From Promethearchaeota archaeon (GTDB taxonomy: Archaea > Asgardarchaeota > Lokiarchaeia > Sigyniarchaeales > SOKP01), in NCBI GenBank assembly GCA_048940445.1, contig JBHLON010000067.1, positions 1 through 11,454 on the forward strand: 11,454 bases of DNA, written 5' to 3'. Below the pieces are notes generated by a model, which was not told the DNA's origin, made no database searches, and was given only the letters and a program-made list of their open reading frames with translations. The number at the start of each line of letters is the position of its first letter. The first letter of the stretch is position 1. Made by a program: the position numbers and the translations under genes. Shown piece by piece: positions 1 to 6,157 of the stretch.

Positions 1-1323
1 TTTATCTCTTGGCTTTGTAGCTTTTCCATATACCCTTTTTTCAAACTTAAGATAAAATATTGGAGATTTTCTATTTCCTATTTTAGTTAAATATCCTTCT
101 GTGAGTATAAAAAGATTCAATTTTTCTTGCAAATCTGCTTCACCAATGGTAATAATCTCTTTAGCTGTACGAGAACTTACTCTAACAAAATTTTCCTGTA
201 AGAAAGCTGAAACTGTAAAGTTTTCTGATTTTGCGAGGAGGTCCTGTAAATCTCCAATATTAGTAGATGAGGGATGTGGTTTAGCATATTTAGGTTGCCT
301 TGGAAAGGATGATACTAATCTTCGATAGATGAATTCTTCTCCATACGGATCAATGAAAATAAGTGTTACGTGGGGATTCATTAAAGCAGTTTCTTTTATA
401 TAAGTATCTACATAACCCCTAACATATTTAACATTTAAATAATTTAATTTGATGTACGTTCCATGAAGGAAAGGGCTATCAACTTCAGTAGGGTGAACCA
501 AATATTTTTTTTCATTTTTGGATGTTGTGAAAAATTCGGAAACCGAACCATAAATCATATCAGACGTTTTCGATACAGCAATGATTGGCTTTCCAGTAGT
601 ATTTTGGGCATCACTAAAGGCACTAGGAGCTCCAAATCCTTGACTTCCTCTAGTTTGTTTTAACTCAACGCTTTTTGAAGAGGCTAAATACTTTCCAAAT
701 TTTCGTAAATCAGCTTTACCCATACCTATTCCATTATCAAAGATTTCGAATGTATAATTCATTACATTCTTTTGACTTAATTCAGAAGTTAAGAAAGATG
801 GTGCTTCATATTCTCTTAAGCGGATTATCACAATTGGTTCAATATCTACAATATTTGTTACAGGTTTAATGATTTCATTCATGTCATCTACAATTTTTCT
901 AACTTCCTCTTCAACTTCCAGTTGAGCCTTATCAACAATTTCTCCTGATTTTTCTTCCTTATCATCAAGAAGATATTCACGCTCATTGGCTGCTTTTAAT
1001 TGGGAACCCTCTATTTCTTGCATTAATGCTTCTTTTGCCTCATTATTTAATGGTTGTATCTTTTCATCTTCTTCTATTTCCTGTACAATTGAGAGATTTT
1101 CTAGTGATAGTTCTTGATCTAACGAAAATTTGATTTTAGAGTTACCAGCATCCAATTCACTCCATTGAAATGTTTCAATTGCATCTAATGCATTATCTAA
1201 AAACTCAGCTGTATATTGTGTATGCTTCCAGTATCCAAATTCGAATCCAACTAATTGAGTTCGCTTACGCATAAATTGAGCAATTGTACCTTGCGTTATT
1301 CGACCATCCTCTTCAGAACTCAC
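1..1323 (-). CDS. top6B: DNA topoisomerase VI subunit B, 3'-truncated at window edge (441 codons in window), with a large acidic insertion
   Basis: Hand translation gives an open frame from GTG 1323 (alternative GTG 1335; in-frame TAA at 1339-1341) to base 1. It contains the GHKL motifs AEFLDNALDA (N-box), FDNGIGM (G1), KQTRGSQGFG (G2) and HGTYIKL (G3), the Top6B-typical ETALMNPHVTLIFIDPYG and AKPHP, and an H2TH start FLQENFVRVSSRTAKEII. Confidence 0.95.
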   Translation of the reverse strand, partial: MSSEEDGRITQGTIAQFMRKRTQLVGFEFGYWKHTQYTAEFLDNALDAIETFQWSELDAGNSKIKFSLDQELSLENLSIVQEIEEDEKIQPLNNEAKEALMQEIEGSQLKAANEREYLLDDKEEKSGEIVDKAQLEVEEEVRKIVDDMNEIIKPVTNIVDIEPIVIIRLREYEAPSFLTSELSQKNVMNYTFEIFDNGIGMGKADLRKFGKYLASSKSVELKQTRGSQGFGAPSAFSDAQNTTGKPIIAVSKTSDMIYGSVSEFFTTSKNEKKYLVHPTEVDSPFLHGTYIKLNYLNVKYVRGYVDTYIKETALMNPHVTLIFIDPYGEEFIYRRLVSSFPRQPKYAKPHPSSTNIGDLQDLLAKSENFTVSAFLQENFVRVSSRTAKEIITIGEADLQEKLNLFILTEGYLTKIGNRKSPIFYLKFEKRVYGKATKPRDK

Positions 1324-1331
1324 CTTTTCCT

Positions 1332-1338
1332 TCACCTT
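1332..1338 (-). promoter_or_regulatory. Shine-Dalgarno-like AAGGTGA upstream of top6B
   Basis: The minus strand reads AAAAGGTGAAGGAAAAG-GTG. AGGTGA matches the archaeal SD core (GGAGGTGA) and lies 8 nt before GTG 1323. Confidence 0.5.
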
Positions 1339-1558
1339 TTAATTTTCAATACATGAATATAAAAATCTAATATAAATACTTACACATTTGTTGTATATAA
1401 GAAAATAATATTATTTAACCACAAGGGTATTAGAGTTTATCTAATAAACCCGGTTATCTATATAACATGTATTTTTTCTTTCATTTTGAAAAGAAATTGA
1501 ATTACTATTTAAATATTTTTATATACCTAAAAAAGTGTAAATAATGGAAATTTTAAAG

Positions 1559-2836
1559 TTACTTATGCATTTTATGATAATTTTCAATAGCAACATCTAA
1601 AATTCTAGAAGCAACATACCTTTTAGTAGACTTTTCAACATGAGTAATATGCTTTTCTTTATCAACTATATAGACTTCGTTATCTTTGCTTCCAAATCCA
1701 ATATCTTCCCTACCAATATCATTTGCTACTATCAATTCAATTTCGGATTTTAATAATCTATTATATGCTCTTTCTATTAATTGACTTCTGGATACATTAG
1801 TTTCTGCTTTAAACCCTATAATATAAACCTTATAGTTTTTTCTTCTTGCCTCGTCAATTATTTTTGGGGTCAGTCTCATGTTTACTTGTAGTTCCTTTAC
1901 TTCATCTGAAGAAATTTTTCCTTCAATGCATTCTGTGGGTTTATAATCACTAATTGCTGCTGCTGAAATAAAAAGATTATAATCTTTAGATGATAGTTCA
2001 CTTTTCACAGCATTGATAAAATCATCTGTTGTTTCTACGTTTAATGTAGTTATATATTCAGGAATCTTTACCATGCACTCACCAGCAATCAACAATACAT
2101 CAGCACCTCTAGCAGCAGCCTCTTTAGCCAATTCAATACCCATACGCCCTGAAGATCTATTTGATACAAATCTCACCTTATCTATTGCTTCTCTTGTTGG
2201 TCCTGCAGTGATTAAGACTTTCATGCCTTCATAATCCTTTTTAGCTATTAATAAATCGATAACCCGGTCAATAATATCATCTAACTTCGCGATTTTAGCC
2301 TTTCCTTCGGAGAGTCTGGGACCAAGTATGTCTATACCATATTTTTTCAATTTGGTTATGTTATTTTCTATAATTGGATGTAACATGCTCTCATGCATAG
2401 CTGGTACTATTACAATTGGTATTGAAGATCCTAATGCTGTTGATACTACTGTCGTCACCGGAGTATCGTCTATTCCATTAACAATTTTCGAAATCGTATT
2501 TGCTGTGGCAGGACAAACTAATATTAAATCTGCTTTTCCTGCAGCATTGGGTCGATATCCTGCTAGAAGCACATGTTCAACTTTACCAGTTAATTTAACG
2601 ATAGCTGGATTACCTGTTGCCCAATGCATCAGCGATGGGTTTATCAATTCAGTTGCTGCTTTAGATAACACTGGAATTACTTCAGCACCTAATCGCATTA
2701 GCTCTCTTGCTATGATTGGAGCATTTATAATTGCAACTGAACCAGTTAAACACATACATATCGTTTTTCCTCGTAAGATAGTACCTTTTGTTTCAATTAT
2801 ATCTTTTGAAGGATGATGGAATTTCTTTTTATCCAT
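1559..2836 (-). CDS. coaBC: Bifunctional phosphopantothenoylcysteine decarboxylase / phosphopantothenate-cysteine ligase (archaeal Dfp type)
   Basis: Flavoprotein domain motifs LTGSVA, VEHV, PATANTISK and PAMHESM. CoaB domain motifs LITAGPTREAIDKVRFVSNRSSGRMG, AAAISDY, GFKAET and IVANDI. Archaeal-type HPSKDI N-terminus. Confidence 0.97.
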   Translation of the reverse strand: MDKKKFHHPSKDIIETKGTILRGKTICMCLTGSVAIINAPIIARELMRLGAEVIPVLSKAATELINPSLMHWATGNPAIVKLTGKVEHVLLAGYRPNAAGKADLILVCPATANTISKIVNGIDDTPVTTVVSTALGSSIPIVIVPAMHESMLHPIIENNITKLKKYGIDILGPRLSEGKAKIAKLDDIIDRVIDLLIAKKDYEGMKVLITAGPTREAIDKVRFVSNRSSGRMGIELAKEAAARGADVLLIAGECMVKIPEYITTLNVETTDDFINAVKSELSSKDYNLFISAAAISDYKPTECIEGKISSDEVKELQVNMRLTPKIIDEARRKNYKVYIIGFKAETNVSRSQLIERAYNRLLKSEIELIVANDIGREDIGFGSKDNEVYIVDKEKHITHVEKSTKRYVASRILDVAIENYHKMHK

Positions 2837-2913
2837 ATTATAACATCTACTAATTGAGTCTATATACCTATTAGAATTATCTTTTTAATTTAAAAATAAT
2901 TAATGTATTTTTT

Positions 2914-3678
2914 TCATTTTAAAGAAAATTCAAATAATTGATCTTGAATTTTATTTTTTATTTCTTTTGAAAGGTTATATAAAGTTTCCTCAGGAATGTG
3001 TTTTAAGTATTCAATTAAGTCTCTTTCTATCATTGGACCTAACTTATTCATAAATTTTTCAATAACATGATGTTTTCTTAGATGCAAATTCTTATAAGTC
3101 TGTATATAGGCTCGATTCAGACTCTCAAGCCATCTTTTACCTTTTTTCTCCAGATCTGTAATTACTTGTATTGAATTTGAGGCGTTAAAGTTAGTGAATT
3201 CATATTTATATCGAATTAGTATTCGTTTAAGGTAGTTCATAATATTCTCTTTCTCAATTGGACTTAAATTTGCATTAGAATTAAGAAAAATAATAATCAT
3301 ATATTTATTAAACAAAAAATTAATTTGGATCTTGATATTGGAGCCATAAATCTCGAGATGAGATAAATTCTGAATATTAGTTTGTGTAGCAAAGACTTTA
3401 AGCGAGCTAAAATACATTGATATAAGATCGACTTCAAGAAATGAAGTATCTTGAGTAATATATGCTTTTATTGGTCTATAGTTGCTATTCTCATCTGAAT
3501 CATGTTCAAGTATCATAAGGGTATTCCCATATTGATTTGCAATGATAATTCCTATTATAGGGGGTATTTTATCAAAACCTTTAGATTTATAAGCAGAATT
3601 AACTAAAGTCTCTTCAATATTTGCAAAATTGTTCTGATTCTTATTTCCCTCGTTAAGATGTTGTTCTTTAATAGTCAT
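2914..3678 (-). CDS. Longin-like domain protein (Asgard-type eukaryotic-signature fold) with C-terminal helical extension
   Basis: The 254-aa ORF follows the longin order beta-beta-alpha-beta-beta-beta-alpha: IIGIIIANQYGNTLMI, DLISMYFSSLKVFATQT, LSHLEIYG, IKIQINF, YMIIIFLN, then a helix ending ILIRYKYEF. Recognised by pattern only; no HMM was run. Confidence 0.65.
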   Translation of the reverse strand: MTIKEQHLNEGNKNQNNFANIEETLVNSAYKSKGFDKIPPIIGIIIANQYGNTLMILEHDSDENSNYRPIKAYITQDTSFLEVDLISMYFSSLKVFATQTNIQNLSHLEIYGSNIKIQINFLFNKYMIIIFLNSNANLSPIEKENIMNYLKRILIRYKYEFTNFNASNSIQVITDLEKKGKRWLESLNRAYIQTYKNLHLRKHHVIEKFMNKLGPMIERDLIEYLKHIPEETLYNLSKEIKNKIQDQLFEFSLK

Positions 3679-3780
3679 TTATTAAATATTATTCAATATT
3701 AAATATGTCAATTTAGCATATATCTTTGAATAAAAGTGATAGAGTCTGTTGGTTTACTTTCAATTAAAAAGTTATACTTT

Positions 3781-6153
3781 TTAAATAGATTGAAGTTCGG
3801 AAATGAGTAATGGTATATTTAGTTTTCTAGCAAATTTTTCGATCTTATTGAAAAGCTCTTGAGATATTATCTCTTTTTTTTCTAAATTCAGAATTTTCAC
3901 GAATTTTCTGCCATAATAGGTTTTTTTGAGATTTGAAATATTATATCGTATCGTACCTTCTTCAAATGATTTATATATTTTTGAAGTTTCTAATTCTTCT
4001 TTTCTTATTTTAACAATTTCATCGGAGTATTTCATAAACGAAGTATTTCTCATCTTCTTTAGATTAAATATATCAGTAGAACCTAATTCCTTTTTATTTA
4101 AGGATTTATTTATAAAAGAATGAATTTCATTTAACAATTCTATTTTAAACTTTTTAAGGGGAAGATCTTCCGACAATAATTTTTTAATTATTCTAGTATA
4201 TGGAATGTCTATGCCTGCCAATTCTGTCGTCAAATTTAATAACGCTAATATTTGATTAGTTCTCTCTTCTGGATTTAACTTTAACTGGTTAAAGGTATAT
4301 TCTCTTTCTTGATTTATGAAATTAAATAGAAATTTTCTGAAAGCTTTTATAAATTGATTATAATTTGGGATAAATGATTTATTAGGATTATTATATATTT
4401 CGTCATCTGCCTCGAAAGGTGTGATTTTTTTCTTTAGAACTAAACTTACTACAGATAAAGGGTAATAGCCTTCAATAAATTCCATACCTTTGGAGACACT
4501 ATTTATTGCATCTTTTATTGAGCATTTTGTTATAACATCTATCGTTTTAATAATATTGCCTTCTATTTTAACTGGATTTTTCTGGCAATAACATAGATCG
4601 AAAGGTTTTAAATCATGGAATAATGGATTGTTTTGATCGGGAATTATGACTTGGGATCCGTAGGCATTTACAATGTTAGTGTGTTGAGGCTTACTTGCTA
4701 AATCCCATTCAATTATGATTACATTATTAATATTTAAAAATGCTTGAAATGTATCATAACTATTATTAGTTGGTTTAGATATCAAGGAAAAAGAATCAGC
4801 AAGATTTATATTATAGTCTTCTTGTTCTCCCCAAAATTGATTTTTATAGTAAAAAACATCGGGAAAATTCGTTAGGTCATCAAGGAACAATTCATTCATA
4901 ATATGATAATTAATTCCAATTTCAGATGATTTAATATTGGAATCATCTAATCCATAGAAACCGATATGCTTTATTATATAATTATAAACAGGAATGCTAA
5001 AATTATCTTTATCATGACTTACAAGATAGGTGTTTCTCTTTTTTCTAAAATTAACATGCGCTTTTTTTATATGATGACGATCTATGAGATATTTTAAAAA
5101 TGCAAATTTCTTTAAATAAATTTTTCTCTTTAACTCTCTGATTTCAACCTTATATTTTTTATATGCGTCGATATAATCTGTTTTGGGAATATTAAATATT
5201 TCAAATTGATTTTTCATTAACTTGATCTTTTCTATTATAGAAAAACTTTCAATCTCAGTTAAAAAGTAGTCTAAAATCTCTCTTTTAAACGATTGTTGTT
5301 CTTCAAGTTTCACTGCTTCTTTAAAAGAAGGATTTAATGCGCTTAAAGTTTCAAAGTTCTTTATTATGAAAAAGTTTGAGAAGTATTTTTCATTAAAATC
5401 TTTAGATTTAGCCATTTCTAGAAGCTTGTCAATCAAAGACGTCAAAAAAGACGTATTCTTAAATTGATATACTTGAAGGATCCTATCAATAAATTCAATG
5501 ATTCGAAGTATATCATAAAAAGAATATAACGATACTGTTCTTAAAATAAGTTTATAGGCTTTTTCAATATAATTATTATATTTTACTAGATATTCAGCCA
5601 AACCATTTTCATAACAATTTTTAAGGAATTCAAATAATTCAATGAATAAATTATTTTCTAGTGCTATCTTAAGGAACTTCTCAATAATCGGTTCACATTC
5701 ATATTGATTAATAATTGCCTTGTTTAAATAATTTAAGCCTTCTACATAATTTTTATCCCCTAAACAAGAATTTGCTAAGTTTAAAAAATTATCACTTTTT
5801 TTTCTAGCACCGAAATCTTCAGAGGTTAAATTATATTTCTTTATATTATTTAAAATCTTTAAAGATAATCTTTCTTTTAAAATAAGTAGTATTTTTAATA
5901 AATGAATACATATTTTATCTTCTAATTGCGTATGTATCAAAAATGTAGGACAATCATGAAAGATCTCTAAATTTGTTTCATCTATAATTATATGGAATTC
6001 ACGATCCTCATCTGAAATAATAGCTTTTATAACAACTGGATCCTCATCTAACTGAATTATAGTTATTTTATTAATTGGAAATTCAGATGATTTTTTGTAT
6101 AAATTTAATCCAAATTTACTTATTACCAATTCGGACAAAGACTTGTTATCCAT
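3781..6153 (-). CDS. SWIM zinc-finger-like protein with TPR-like/helical region and uncharacterised C-terminal domains (790 aa)
   Basis: An N-terminal beta-rich segment leads to H66-D-C68-x13-C82-I-H84-LLKILL (SWIM consensus CxC-xn-CxH). A TPR-like unit follows (FLNLANSCLGDKNYVEGLNYLNKAI). The start is 4 nt after the vWA gene stop. Confidence 0.7.
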   Translation of the reverse strand: MDNKSLSELVISKFGLNLYKKSSEFPINKITIIQLDEDPVVIKAIISDEDREFHIIIDETNLEIFHDCPTFLIHTQLEDKICIHLLKILLILKERLSLKILNNIKKYNLTSEDFGARKKSDNFLNLANSCLGDKNYVEGLNYLNKAIINQYECEPIIEKFLKIALENNLFIELFEFLKNCYENGLAEYLVKYNNYIEKAYKLILRTVSLYSFYDILRIIEFIDRILQVYQFKNTSFLTSLIDKLLEMAKSKDFNEKYFSNFFIIKNFETLSALNPSFKEAVKLEEQQSFKREILDYFLTEIESFSIIEKIKLMKNQFEIFNIPKTDYIDAYKKYKVEIRELKRKIYLKKFAFLKYLIDRHHIKKAHVNFRKKRNTYLVSHDKDNFSIPVYNYIIKHIGFYGLDDSNIKSSEIGINYHIMNELFLDDLTNFPDVFYYKNQFWGEQEDYNINLADSFSLISKPTNNSYDTFQAFLNINNVIIIEWDLASKPQHTNIVNAYGSQVIIPDQNNPLFHDLKPFDLCYCQKNPVKIEGNIIKTIDVITKCSIKDAINSVSKGMEFIEGYYPLSVVSLVLKKKITPFEADDEIYNNPNKSFIPNYNQFIKAFRKFLFNFINQEREYTFNQLKLNPEERTNQILALLNLTTELAGIDIPYTRIIKKLLSEDLPLKKFKIELLNEIHSFINKSLNKKELGSTDIFNLKKMRNTSFMKYSDEIVKIRKEELETSKIYKSFEEGTIRYNISNLKKTYYGRKFVKILNLEKKEIISQELFNKIEKFARKLNIPLLISELQSI

Positions 6154-6157
6154 AATT

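Noticed and set aside
101-869. Three short plus-strand ORFs (101-328, 463-663, 675-869)
   Set aside because: They are antisense shadows of top6B, which the ORF track missed because it runs off the window edge.
841-1170. Top6B insertion as an intein
   Set aside because: No splice-junction residues or intein blocks; the composition is acidic and low-complexity.
2290-2405. CoaC active site with PAMH instead of PxMN and no catalytic Cys in the clamp loop (PRLSEGKAK)
   Set aside because: This is a known feature of archaeal Dfp/CoaBC proteins (described for M. jannaschii MJ0913), so it is neither novel nor a sign of a pseudogene.
2013-2816. Plus-strand ORFs 2013-2234 and 2328-2816 (162 aa)
   Set aside because: They are antisense mirrors of coaBC with no recognisable motifs.
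3681-3710. Minus-strand TTGACA and AATATT palindromes upstream of the longin-like gene
   Set aside because: No good -10 element at the correct spacing, the host uses TATA/BRE promoters, and AT-only palindromes are uninformative.
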